A stretch of DNA of 64,000 bases from Candidatus Babelota bacterium (lineage in GTDB: Bacteria; Babelota; Babeliae; Babelales; CAIQNR01). The notes beneath the pieces are model-generated. The model ran no database searches and was not told the origin of the DNA. It saw nothing but the letters and a program-made list of their open reading frames with translations. The translations under genes were made by a program, and so were the position numbers. The stretch covers positions 72,722-136,721 of the forward strand of contig CBFHTA010000001.1 in NCBI GenBank assembly GCA_965658655.1. Reading direction: 5' to 3'. Positions 1 through 9,580 of this stretch are shown here, in pieces; the first letter of the stretch is position 1; every line of letters starts with the position of its first letter.

Positions 1-1
1 A

Positions 2-340
2 CTTGCAAACAAATACTCACTCGGCATTGGCGGCCATTTACGTGAAGAAGATATGCAAGGAGCAACACTCTTTGATTGGGCACAACGAGAATTTGATGAA
101 GAAATTAACTATTCAGGAAATTTAGAAATCACCCCACTGGGTATCTTAAACGACGATTCAAACGATGTAGGCAAAGTACATGTAGGCTTTGTATTCTTGC
201 TCAAAGGCGATTCTGCTGACATTTCTATTAAATCCGAGCTACAAAGCGGAAAACTTTTAACGCTTACTCAGTGCCAAGAAAAGTATGATGCAATGGAAAC
301 CTGGACCCAATTAGTCTTTGATTTCATCAAGAAGTCGTAA
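2..340 (+). CDS. NUDIX-like phosphoesterase (5'-truncated by window edge)
   Basis: Frame is open from base 2 (LANKYSLGIGGHLREED...). Carries SLGIGGH, REFDEE and GILNDD-x-N-x-VGKVH motifs typical of the predicted NUDIX phosphoesterase family. Confidence 0.7.
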   Translation, partial: LANKYSLGIGGHLREEDMQGATLFDWAQREFDEEINYSGNLEITPLGILNDDSNDVGKVHVGFVFLLKGDSADISIKSELQSGKLLTLTQCQEKYDAMETWTQLVFDFIKKS

Positions 341-420
341 ATTCATTGCATTCTCCCTTCCAATCTCCTTATAATTAAAAACTATAAGGGTTAGCGGGTA
401 ATTTAAACTGGGAGTATGTA

Positions 421-1347
421 ATGACTGAACAAGTCGGATTTTTTGGCAAAATGAAACGAGGTTGGCAAATCGCTATGGCAGGATGGAGATTCATCCTCAA
501 TAACCCCTCCTGCTTAATATTTCCACTCATTTCAATCATCACTCAAGCACTCGTGTTTATTCCCCTTATTGCATATGTAGTGATTTACCTTTTAGAAAAG
601 AAAAATACAGAACATCTAGCAGCCCATCAACAGACACAACTTCCTTCGTCTATGATCGCATTTTATATAGTTATACTTTTCTGTGCGGGATTAGTAGCAA
701 GCATTATGTACACCGCTCTTAGCCATTACATGGCACAGAAGTTAGAAAATAAACCAACATCAATTTTTTCGAGTCTTGGTCGCGCATTTTCTAGACTTGG
801 CACCCTGTTGGCTTGGACCGCTATAAACATGATACTTACCGCAATCTTCAACTGGATACGAAAATCTGCTCGTGATGATACATTTCCTTTTAATATTATC
901 GCAAGCTTAGTAGCAGGAATATTGCAATTTGCATGGCAGTTTTTAACTTTCTTTGTTTATCCCATTTTTGCTCTTACAGAATTAAGTGCAATTGGCTCAA
1001 TTAAAGCATCGGGAGAAACTGTTAAAAAAATGTGGGGAGAACAGATTGGTGCTACCTTCAACATAAGCCTTATAGGATTCATCGCTATTTTAGCTTTGGG
1101 CTTTATTATATGGCCACTATCCTTTTTTATACTGGATGGATCAATTCTCTTCGGAACAACACCGAACAACCTTGCCGATCTTATTGTTATACTGATCTGT
1201 GTGGGCTTGCCCCTCATGATTATTAATCTTTGGATTGCAACCGCAAAAACATTATTCAAAACTGTAGCTTATCTACACACACAAGGAAAACAAGTTGGGC
1301 CATTTGAAGAAAACTTTATTCAAACAAGTTTTATAACTAAACCTTAA
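421..1347 (+). CDS. Polytopic membrane protein (DUF6159-like)
   Basis: 308 aa with ~6 hydrophobic segments and a 'SIKASGETVKKMWGE' motif; GGGAG RBS upstream. Confidence 0.6.
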   Translation: MTEQVGFFGKMKRGWQIAMAGWRFILNNPSCLIFPLISIITQALVFIPLIAYVVIYLLEKKNTEHLAAHQQTQLPSSMIAFYIVILFCAGLVASIMYTALSHYMAQKLENKPTSIFSSLGRAFSRLGTLLAWTAINMILTAIFNWIRKSARDDTFPFNIIASLVAGILQFAWQFLTFFVYPIFALTELSAIGSIKASGETVKKMWGEQIGATFNISLIGFIAILALGFIIWPLSFFILDGSILFGTTPNNLADLIVILICVGLPLMIINLWIATAKTLFKTVAYLHTQGKQVGPFEENFIQTSFITKP

Positions 1348-1363
1348 AACTCAGGGAGGGGGA

Positions 1364-2023
1364 ATGATTTATTTGTGGAATATTCCAGATCTCGTACAAG
1401 ACTTAAGAAACAACGCAATACCCCAAGAAGAAGCTGACTGGTATTTTGTTTTAAGCCCAGTTCTTAGCACCCTCAATGGAATATTTTTTGGTGTTATTTT
1501 GTTAGGTCATCATATTGTTGAATATTCTTTTCAAGGATGGTTAAAAAAACCACACCCAGCTATTGAATTTTACAATCATTGGGGTGCAAGTTTTGCAATA
1601 CTTACCGTCCTTGTTGCAGTAATTGGATTATACCTTTGTTATCGTGCAAACGAAAAAGGTGATGGTAAGAATTTTTGGTCACGAATGGCTTGTTTAAGTT
1701 TCCCCATAAATATTCATATTACGGTATACGCAATAGCTGCATTAGCAATTATCGGATTTTTTGCATATTTTTTCTTTCAAGGGAAAATTATGGCTTTCCA
1801 ACAGAAACTTTCTGGTGCGCCCGTAATCGCAACACCCTTCTTAATAGGAAAAATTAATCGCTTTACAAAAAATTTACGTGCTATGATTTTAATGGGATAC
1901 CCAGTTCTTGCACTGGTTCCAGCTGCTTTATCTTGTATACACTATGCAATATTAAGAAACCTGATAAAAGAAGTTGCTCAAAAAGATCCTATTGACCACC
2001 AGCCGTACGACAAATTCGATTAA
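1364..2023 (+). CDS. Hypothetical membrane protein
   Basis: 219 aa, ~4 TM segments, GGGAGG RBS; no recognisable catalytic motif. Confidence 0.65.
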   Translation: MIYLWNIPDLVQDLRNNAIPQEEADWYFVLSPVLSTLNGIFFGVILLGHHIVEYSFQGWLKKPHPAIEFYNHWGASFAILTVLVAVIGLYLCYRANEKGDGKNFWSRMACLSFPINIHITVYAIAALAIIGFFAYFFFQGKIMAFQQKLSGAPVIATPFLIGKINRFTKNLRAMILMGYPVLALVPAALSCIHYAILRNLIKEVAQKDPIDHQPYDKFD

Positions 2024-2058
2024 AACTTATTTTTTATTGATCGACCTTTTAGGCTTAG

Positions 2059-2442
2059 TCAACCATTATGCAAACAAGATACCATTTCACCTTTTTTATC
2101 TGGGTGAAATGTCTCAGAATTATCCTTTAAAATCTCCCCTTCCTTATCAAACACAAGTACGCGTTTAATATAACCTTTACGCTCCTTAGTATCATACTTA
2201 CTCCCCACAGGAGTATTGATAATCACACAATACCTTCTTTCAGGAAGTTGCACAGTGCTATCCACCACTTTTCCTGGGAAAAAATCAAGAGTCTCAACTT
2301 CATTCTTTAATCTTTGAACAATGTCATTCTCGCCCGAATCCTGAGATTCTTTAAGAAAAGAAGGTAACGAATTGTTTTCTTCAGATCCATATAAGCTTAT
2401 AAAAAGTGATAACAACACAGTAAAAATTCGTATCTTGTTCAT
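2059..2442 (-). CDS. Hypothetical secreted protein
   Basis: 127 aa, N-terminal signal peptide (MNKIRIFTVLLSLFISLYG), AGGGG RBS. Confidence 0.65.
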   Translation of the reverse strand: MNKIRIFTVLLSLFISLYGSEENNSLPSFLKESQDSGENDIVQRLKNEVETLDFFPGKVVDSTVQLPERRYCVIINTPVGSKYDTKERKGYIKRVLVFDKEGEILKDNSETFHPDKKGEMVSCLHNG

Positions 2443-2549
2443 GAAGTCCCCTGATTAGTAATTAATATAAGAAACTTATGTGTATCCAACTTTTTTCAGA
2501 AGGGCAAGTTTTTAATGTTATTTTCCACAAAGTGCTCCAAAGGCAAAGA

Positions 2550-2577
2550 TTGCCAAATAAGCAAAATATGCTATTCT
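2550..2577 (+). promoter_or_regulatory. Putative sigma70 promoter for rpsA-ndk
   Basis: TTGCCA (2550-2555), 16-nt spacer, extended -10 TGcTATTCT (2569-2577). Confidence 0.5.
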
Positions 2578-2664
2578 ATAAGGCGTATTAATAATTTGTT
2601 TAACCTCTTTTAACCCCGTATCTGCTTAGTTCTTAAGCTGCGGGCATCACCCCCAAGGGAATGA

Positions 2665-4452
2665 ATGTCAAAAGAAAGAATAAGGCCAAGTCAATTTGGC
2701 AGTGTAAATAGCATAGAGATTGAACCTACTGATAATCTTGAGCTCAACGAAGAGCAATTACAAGAACTATCTGAGCTCTATGAAGGATTTTTCTCTGTAT
2801 GTAAACCAGGGAAAGTAGTTGAAGGTAAAATTTCCAACGTCAGCAACGATGGTGTGTTGGTAGACATCGGATTTAAGTCAGAAGGTTTAATTCCACGCTA
2901 CGAATTTTCACAACACGAACTTAAAAAATTTAAAGCTGGTGACACTCTTGAAGTTATTTTTGATGAATTAGAAAGCATTGATGGCTCATTAGTTCTCTCT
3001 TATGAGAAAGCTAAAGCGCTCAAGGCTTGGGATAGCATCATGAAGCTTCATGAAGAAGACAAACCTGTTGAAGGTGTGGTAACACATAAGGTTAAAGGTG
3101 GTCTTTCTGTTGATATCGGAATCCCTGCTTTCCTACCAGGTTCTCAAGTTGACGTACAACGCGTAAACAACTTTGACCAATATGTCGGCCAAACTATTAT
3201 TGCCAACATTATTAAGGTAAATAAAAAGCGTGGAAACGTTATTATTTCTCGCCGTAAACACCTAAGTGAACAACGTGCTGAAGTACGTAAAAAAGTTCTT
3301 GATACGCTTGATGCTGGTCAAACCATTGAAGGTTTGGTTAAAAACATCACCAACTACGGTGTGTTTATTGATATCGGCGGTGTAGATGGTCTCTTGCATA
3401 TCACTGATATGACTTGGGGACGTATTTCTCATCCAAGCGAAATTGTTAAAATTGGTGACACTATTAACGTAAAAGTATTGTCATTCGACAAAGACAACGA
3501 AAAAATCTCTCTTGGTATGAAGCAGCTTACCGACAACCCATGGGAGCAAATGACAGCTTCTATTGAAGGCGGCACACACATTAAAGGTAAAGTTTCTAGC
3601 ATTACCGATTACGGTCTTTTTGTTGAAGTTCAAAAAGGTGTTGAAGGACTTATCCATATCTCAGAAATCTCTTGGACAGATCGTATTACCGACCTGAAAA
3701 AGCATTACAAGCCAGGCGATGAAGTTGAAGCGCTTGTTATCTCTGTAGATAAAGATAACCGTCGTATGTCTCTTTCTATTAAGCAATTAGACAAAAACCC
3801 TTGGGAAACTGTTGCTGAAGAATTCAAAGTAGGCGAAAAAGTTAAAGGTACCGTAAGCAACATCACCGACTTTGGTGTGTTTGTTCTTCTTAAACCAGGT
3901 ATCGACGGCTTGATTCACGTTTCTGATTTATCTTGGACAGAGCACATTGAACATCCTGCAGACGTTTACAAACGTGGTGACGCGATTGAAGCGGTTATCT
4001 TAGGTGTTGATGTTAATGCTAAGAAAATTTCTCTTGGCATTAAGCAATTGGCTCAAAATCCATGGGAAAACATCGAGAAACATTACCAAGTAAACAATAT
4101 TGTTGAAGGTGAAATTTCTCGTTTAACCAACTTTGGTATGTTTGTAAAACTAGAAAGCGGAATCGAAGGTCTTGTGCACATTTCTGAACTTGCTGAGCTC
4201 AAGAAAGAAGACAAGAAAATCGAAGATGTTTACAAAGTTGGAGAGAAACGTCAATTCCGTGTAATCAAAGTAAGCAAAGAAGAACACAAGCTTGGTTTGA
4301 GCACAAAACTTGATGAAGTTACTAAAGAAGAAAAACACGTAGCAAAACCTCAAGAAAAACAATCTTCAGAACCAGTTGTAAAAGCAAAGAGTCAATTCCA
4401 AATGGCTCTTGATGAAGCAGCAGCTCGTAACAAAGATAACGATAAGGAATAA
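2665..4452 (+). CDS. rpsA: 30S ribosomal protein S1
   Basis: 595 aa, six S1 repeats (GVFIDIGGVDGLLHITDMTW, GLIHISEISW etc.). Confidence 0.98.
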   Translation: MSKERIRPSQFGSVNSIEIEPTDNLELNEEQLQELSELYEGFFSVCKPGKVVEGKISNVSNDGVLVDIGFKSEGLIPRYEFSQHELKKFKAGDTLEVIFDELESIDGSLVLSYEKAKALKAWDSIMKLHEEDKPVEGVVTHKVKGGLSVDIGIPAFLPGSQVDVQRVNNFDQYVGQTIIANIIKVNKKRGNVIISRRKHLSEQRAEVRKKVLDTLDAGQTIEGLVKNITNYGVFIDIGGVDGLLHITDMTWGRISHPSEIVKIGDTINVKVLSFDKDNEKISLGMKQLTDNPWEQMTASIEGGTHIKGKVSSITDYGLFVEVQKGVEGLIHISEISWTDRITDLKKHYKPGDEVEALVISVDKDNRRMSLSIKQLDKNPWETVAEEFKVGEKVKGTVSNITDFGVFVLLKPGIDGLIHVSDLSWTEHIEHPADVYKRGDAIEAVILGVDVNAKKISLGIKQLAQNPWENIEKHYQVNNIVEGEISRLTNFGMFVKLESGIEGLVHISELAELKKEDKKIEDVYKVGEKRQFRVIKVSKEEHKLGLSTKLDEVTKEEKHVAKPQEKQSSEPVVKAKSQFQMALDEAAARNKDNDKE

Positions 4453-4453
4453 T

Positions 4454-4861
4454 ATGACAGAAAGAACATTAGCTATTATTAAACCTGACGCTGTTAAAGC
4501 TGGTTTTTCTGATGCTATTATTGGTCACATCGAAAAAAACGATTTTACTATTGTAGATCAGAAGAAAGTACAACTTTCTAAAACAGAAGTACAAGGTTTT
4601 TACGGTGACGAACATGGCGAACGACCATACTTTGAAGAACTCGTAAACTTTATGAGCTCTGGAGATGTTGTTATCATGGTTCTTGAGCGTGACAATGCTA
4701 TTAAAGGCTGGCGTGACCTTATGGGTGCTACCGATCCTGCAGAAGCTGCAGACGGCACCATCCGTAAACTTTTTGGGACATCTAAGGGTAATAATGCAAC
4801 CCATGGATCAGATTCTCCAGAAAGTGCTAAAAAAGAAATCGAATATTTCTTTGCTAGCTAA
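4454..4861 (+). CDS. ndk: Nucleoside diphosphate kinase
   Basis: MTERTLAIIKPDAV...NATHGSDS catalytic His motif. Start placed at the ATG just after the rpsA stop, with an AAGGA RBS. Confidence 0.97.
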   Translation: MTERTLAIIKPDAVKAGFSDAIIGHIEKNDFTIVDQKKVQLSKTEVQGFYGDEHGERPYFEELVNFMSSGDVVIMVLERDNAIKGWRDLMGATDPAEAADGTIRKLFGTSKGNNATHGSDSPESAKKEIEYFFAS

Positions 4862-4891
4862 TTAAACATTTTTAAAGAGAGGGAACAACTT

Positions 4892-5779
4892 ATGCAGAAT
4901 CGTAAACCGCTTATATATTCATTAGTTGTTCTCTCTCTTTTTTTATGTCCGCTTTTTGGCCAAATTGTAAAAGACCAAAGAAACATTTGGATCTTAATAC
5001 ATGGAACCTTTGAACAAAAAGCATCTCTGGTAGTCCCCAAATCTCGTTGGTGGAGAGAACAAGATTCTTTTCATAAAGAACTTAAAGCTCATGCCAATAA
5101 TGCAGTAGTTCACAGTTTCAACTGGTGTGGATCAAACTCACATAAAAAAAGAATAGAAGCAGGAAAACAACTTGCACAATTCATTACGAAAATAGCCTCT
5201 GAAAACGATATCATTCATCTAGTTGGGCATAGTCATGGTGCTAATGTAGCCACCCTCGGTGCACAAGAACTTAAAAAACTTAATCAAAACATAGAAATTG
5301 ATACACTTTTTTCTTTAGCAGCGCCTGTTGCAAAAGCATATCAACCCCTCAAAGCAAATATTAAAAAAGTCTTTAGCCTCTTCTCTTATGCCGATTTTAT
5401 CCAACCGGTATTTGGCCTTTTTGAACGTGTTTATCCAGAAGAAGATCATATTTACAATATTCAAGTAAAAATTGACGGCATTCTACCGAATCACATCTCT
5501 ATTCATCATCCTACTGTTGCTCGCCATCTGCCGGAGCTTGCAAGCCTTCTTCCAAATAGCAAACCTCATACTGTTCATTTTTTTTCAAACAAAACTCCAC
5601 AAATTACTCTTGATACTACACGAGAAAAAGACTTAGAATTCGATAAGTATCTTACAAATCAGCTTATTACTGCTTTTCGTAAAAGCAAAGAGAGCAGCCA
5701 ACTTAAAGAATTAAAAGAAATTTCTAAAGAAACTAAACGTAGACTTGCTGTAATACTTGCTCTTAAAAAAAAACCATAA
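4892..5779 (+). CDS. Secreted alpha/beta hydrolase (lipase/esterase-like)
   Basis: Signal peptide, LIHGT oxyanion motif and GHSHG nucleophile elbow. Confidence 0.8.
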   Translation: MQNRKPLIYSLVVLSLFLCPLFGQIVKDQRNIWILIHGTFEQKASLVVPKSRWWREQDSFHKELKAHANNAVVHSFNWCGSNSHKKRIEAGKQLAQFITKIASENDIIHLVGHSHGANVATLGAQELKKLNQNIEIDTLFSLAAPVAKAYQPLKANIKKVFSLFSYADFIQPVFGLFERVYPEEDHIYNIQVKIDGILPNHISIHHPTVARHLPELASLLPNSKPHTVHFFSNKTPQITLDTTREKDLEFDKYLTNQLITAFRKSKESSQLKELKEISKETKRRLAVILALKKKP

Positions 5780-5787
5780 GAAAGTAG

Positions 5788-6522
5788 ATGAAGCAATTAC
5801 TACATATACAAAGAAAAAAAACTATTGGATTTTTCGATTCGGGAGTAGGTGGCCTATCGATCTTAAACAAATGCTTAAACCTAAAAGTGAAAGCTTTAGT
5901 TTATTTTGCCGATACAAAGTACCTACCCTATGGGAACAAAACTCCTGAATTTTTATTAGAACGCGCTATTTTTATCACCAACCACTTTCTCCAGCAAAAC
6001 ATTGATACCATCGTGGTTGCGTGTCATACATCTTCGGCCACTACCCTTTCTCAACTTCAAAACCTCTTTCCTCAAGTAACCTACATCGACATGCTCATTC
6101 CCACTATCAACATAGCTCTAGAGAAAACAGAATCTGGCCGTATTGGAATTATGGCAACTCAGACGAGTATTGATTCGCATGTTCATAAAAAATTGCTTCT
6201 CGATCGAAATTCAAAGCTTTTTATATTTGAACAACCATGCCCAGACTTTGTACCCCTCATAGAAGCGCAAGCATCAGAAAAAAAACTTAATAACGCTATC
6301 AGAAAATACTTAAAGCCTCTCTTAAGCAACCATATCGATACCCTGATCTTAGGCTGTACGCATTATGCTTTCTTAGAAAAACTCATTCAAAAGCAAGCAC
6401 CCACATTGAAATTGATAAGCGCTGCAAACTGTCTTGTCCTTGACTCCAATTCAATGCAGAAACCAAAAGTTCACATTGAAAGTAGCGGTCCTCTGAATGC
6501 GAAGCCCTTTATTCATGAGTAA
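5788..6522 (+). CDS. murI: Glutamate racemase
   Basis: FDSGVGGLS, PYGNK, VACHTSS and LGCTHY catalytic Cys motifs. Confidence 0.95.
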   Translation: MKQLLHIQRKKTIGFFDSGVGGLSILNKCLNLKVKALVYFADTKYLPYGNKTPEFLLERAIFITNHFLQQNIDTIVVACHTSSATTLSQLQNLFPQVTYIDMLIPTINIALEKTESGRIGIMATQTSIDSHVHKKLLLDRNSKLFIFEQPCPDFVPLIEAQASEKKLNNAIRKYLKPLLSNHIDTLILGCTHYAFLEKLIQKQAPTLKLISAANCLVLDSNSMQKPKVHIESSGPLNAKPFIHE

Positions 6523-6638
6523 TTATGAATAAAAATTGAAAGATTCTCCAAACTGTATGTAGACCTTCATGATTATCAATCGTCAAAAGTCTATACAGAC
6601 AATGGACTAAAAGACCAAAATACACTATAGAAAAGTAA

Positions 6639-7070
6639 CTAGACGCTTACTTGCACCCTTTGTTTAGCTGCTTCATCTAGGATCCCATTTACAAACTTAT
6701 ACGCATCTTTTTCTGAAAAAGCTTTAGCCAGCTCAATTGCTTCGTTAATGATAACCGTAGAGTGAGTATCGTTTTGCCCCATTTCCCAGATAGCTAATCG
6801 TAAGATTAATCTGGTGCTGCACCCTAAACGATCAAGACGCCAATTAGCCAGAAGTGGTACAATTTTTTCATCTAACTCAACGCGTTGGTCAACAACTACT
6901 TGAGCTGTTTGAACTATTTCACCGTCTTCAGGAATATCAGTTTCAAATTCACGATTAAAAAGGTATACAATCTCAGAAAGTGAAACTGTATAATCAAATG
7001 CCTCCATGGCATAGAGGAGATGGAAAATTAAAGATCGAACATCTCGACGGGACGTAGCAACGTTACTCAT
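6639..7070 (-). CDS. nusB: Transcription antitermination factor NusB
   Basis: NWRLDRLG, LILRLA and INEAIELAKAFS...KFVNGILD motifs; lies downstream of efp. Confidence 0.95.
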   Translation of the reverse strand: MSNVATSRRDVRSLIFHLLYAMEAFDYTVSLSEIVYLFNREFETDIPEDGEIVQTAQVVVDQRVELDEKIVPLLANWRLDRLGCSTRLILRLAIWEMGQNDTHSTVIINEAIELAKAFSEKDAYKFVNGILDEAAKQRVQVSV

Positions 7071-7082
7071 CAACAAAACCCT

Positions 7083-7643
7083 TTATGCACGCTCAATATA
7101 ACTACCATCTCTGGTATCAAGCTTAACCTTATCACCTTCATTAACAAATAGCGGAACTTGAACCGTTTTCCCAGTTTCAAGTATAGCGGGTTTGGTTGCA
7201 CCACCCTTTGCAGTGTCTCCACGAACGCCAGGTTGAGTTTCTTTAACCTCAAGAACCATAAATAATGGTGGTGTTACACCAATTGGTTTACCGTCAAAAT
7301 AAAGCATTTCATAGATTTCTTCTTCTTTAAGATAACCCATTACATCTTCTAAATTGCCTTTATCTAAAGAGACTTGATCAAAACTTTCTTGATCCATAAA
7401 GTTGTAAAGTGCGTCATCAGCATATAAATACTGCATGGATTTACGCTCAAGCTGTGGATTGTTGAATTTATGATCAGATCTAAATGTTTCCTCAAAAGCA
7501 GAACCTGAAATTAAATTTTTAAGCTTAAGTCTAATGATTGCCCCACCTCGACCCATTTTATTATGGTGGAAATCAAGAACTAAATGTGGTTCATCTCTAT
7601 GCAAAATCTTGTTGCCTTTACGCAAATCAGACGCTGAAAACAT
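7083..7643 (-). CDS. efp: Elongation factor P
   Basis: DLRKG, KMGRGGA tip loop, PGVRGDTA and KPAILETG...VPLFVNEGDKVKLDTRDGSYIER motifs. Confidence 0.97.
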   Translation of the reverse strand: MFSASDLRKGNKILHRDEPHLVLDFHHNKMGRGGAIIRLKLKNLISGSAFEETFRSDHKFNNPQLERKSMQYLYADDALYNFMDQESFDQVSLDKGNLEDVMGYLKEEEIYEMLYFDGKPIGVTPPLFMVLEVKETQPGVRGDTAKGGATKPAILETGKTVQVPLFVNEGDKVKLDTRDGSYIERA

Positions 7644-7743
7644 AAATACCTTTCAAAGACAAAAAAGTGAAAAACGCTTATTCATCAGTATAAGCAGCCT
7701 TATATAAAAAGCAACTCAGAGCTTATTTATTTGCCCAAAGTTT

Positions 7744-9099
7744 TTATTTTTTTCGCATCAAATATAACATTCGTTTTGAATTAACAATTTGCTCTTTAAA
7801 TTCGATCTCAAAATGTTTCAAAAATGCCTCTTCAAAACCATCTTCAGAATATTCTATAAAAATATCCGCTCGAGTCGCCAAAAGCTTTTTTACTTTTTTG
7901 TCAGCTTTAGGAACAAATTCAATAATCAACCACTGCCCCAAAGAAGCAAAGTAAGAAGCAATATAATCAAGAGGAATATTATTAGAAATAGCTAAATGAT
8001 GCACTAATGCAAGCGCCAATAAACAATCTGGCTTACCTCTTTTTTCTATAGCAATACGTTCTGTATTCGCCCAACCAACTGGAGGTGATGGATTAGTTAA
8101 GTCAAGAAGTAAAGGTAAGATTTTAATTTCATTATTTTTTTTACTTTGAAGATAATTATTTTCTACACATGCAGGATCAATATCAAAACAAAGAACTTGA
8201 TCACTTATTTTTGCTGCAAGTCTACTAAAGAAACCATCATTACCACCCAGATCCCAAACTAATTTAGGTTGTGTAATACGTAAAAATTCATCTACTAATC
8301 GTTGTTTATCTTTAAGGCCCATTTCTGTATAACTATCATCTTGATAATAATCTACCCACTCGGTGCCCTGAGCCGTCCATTTACATCCTATAATACCTGA
8401 TCGCAAACTATCAATAAGGCCTTTCAATTGGTGTAAAGACATTTTTTTTTCTGAAGTTGCTTGTTTAGTACTATCTTCATATGCTTTTTGCGCTCGAGCA
8501 TGTAAATGGACATGTAACAATAAAGATAACCGTAAACATGTAGTCATCGGTAATAACTTAGAAGCTAAATCAAGCGGAACACCATCAATATGATTTTTAA
8601 ATAAAGAATTTAAGCGAATATCCTTATAAGCCATTAAAGCCAAAGGAGCTAAGAAATGCTGACAAAACTGTTTATAAGCAACCCAAGGTTTTTCTTCTTT
8701 ATATTGCTCGAAAGAAAGAGTATCAATAAAGATAGGTTTGCCATCTTTAAACTGTACATTATAAACTGATGCATCCTTTAAAGACATGCCATGATCAAGC
8801 GCCTTTAATTGAATATCAAGAGTCAATAGAGCAGCATCCTTTAACTGACTAAAAGACCATTCATAGGGGTAAGAAACAAAAGGAATAAGGTGAGGAGCAA
8901 TCACTCGAGACTCGAGATCATTAAGAATTTCTTCATGAGAAATAAGTAATTTTTGACTTACTAATACCTCATACAATCCAGAGTTTTTCAACAAATCGTA
9001 ATCTTTAAAATAGGAGGAATTAATTTTTCGATAAAGCTGCCCCTGATTCCAATAGAGAAATCCGTTAGGATCTCTAAAAGATGCCTTTACTTTTTCCAC
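7744..9099 (-). CDS. NoeA-like protein: kinase-like N-domain fused to class I SAM methyltransferase
   Basis: SFRDP N-terminus; LKDASVYN...IFID kinase-like motifs; C-terminal VWDLGGNDGFFS, CFDID and LALVHHL methyltransferase motifs. Confidence 0.75.
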   Translation of the reverse strand: MEKVKASFRDPNGFLYWNQGQLYRKINSSYFKDYDLLKNSGLYEVLVSQKLLISHEEILNDLESRVIAPHLIPFVSYPYEWSFSQLKDAALLTLDIQLKALDHGMSLKDASVYNVQFKDGKPIFIDTLSFEQYKEEKPWVAYKQFCQHFLAPLALMAYKDIRLNSLFKNHIDGVPLDLASKLLPMTTCLRLSLLLHVHLHARAQKAYEDSTKQATSEKKMSLHQLKGLIDSLRSGIIGCKWTAQGTEWVDYYQDDSYTEMGLKDKQRLVDEFLRITQPKLVWDLGGNDGFFSRLAAKISDQVLCFDIDPACVENNYLQSKKNNEIKILPLLLDLTNPSPPVGWANTERIAIEKRGKPDCLLALALVHHLAISNNIPLDYIASYFASLGQWLIIEFVPKADKKVKKLLATRADIFIEYSEDGFEEAFLKHFEIEFKEQIVNSKRMLYLMRKK

Positions 9100-9113
9100 A
9101 ATGATCCCCGATT

Positions 9114-9299
9114 CTATTTAGAAAATTTACGTGTAAAATAAGACTTAATCACACTCCAATAAGTCTTTATTCCGTAAAGAACCCCCACAATCCCAGCTGC
9201 AAATAACTGTAAAAAATAACTTCCAGTACCGGGATCAATATAGCCATAGGCCGAACTTACTACTGTTAATGATACCAATAATGTGACTAGTCTCTTCAT
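9114..9299 (-). CDS. Small membrane protein with YIDPGTGS motif
   Basis: 61 aa with AAGGAG RBS: signal peptide (..SSAYG), YIDPGTGS, one TM helix, basic tail (TRKFSK). Confidence 0.85.
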   Translation of the reverse strand: MKRLVTLLVSLTVVSSAYGYIDPGTGSYFLQLFAAGIVGVLYGIKTYWSVIKSYFTRKFSK

Positions 9300-9580
9300 T
9301 GTAACTCCTTTTTAATTACACTTTTTAAAATCATTTTTAGGCTAAAACATAAAGAACTTAAGTCAATATATCCCAGTATTTAAAGCCTTCATCTAAAGTT
9401 TTCATATCCCAACAATCTTTACCTCATAAGGTATAATTGAAAAATTAATACATGCTGTTTTCCTTACCTGAAACAAAACTATAGCTTCGCGGATCACGTA
9501 ATCGATTGTTGACTATAAAAAAACCAATTGGTGTATATTGCCAATCTTGATCTTGTCCTGCAAATAAAGAGTTAACTTTT

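Noticed and set aside
6553..6598. Imperfect inverted repeat between convergent murI and nusB
   Set aside because: Bulged stem without a U-tract; at most a weak bidirectional terminator, not supportable as a distinct element.
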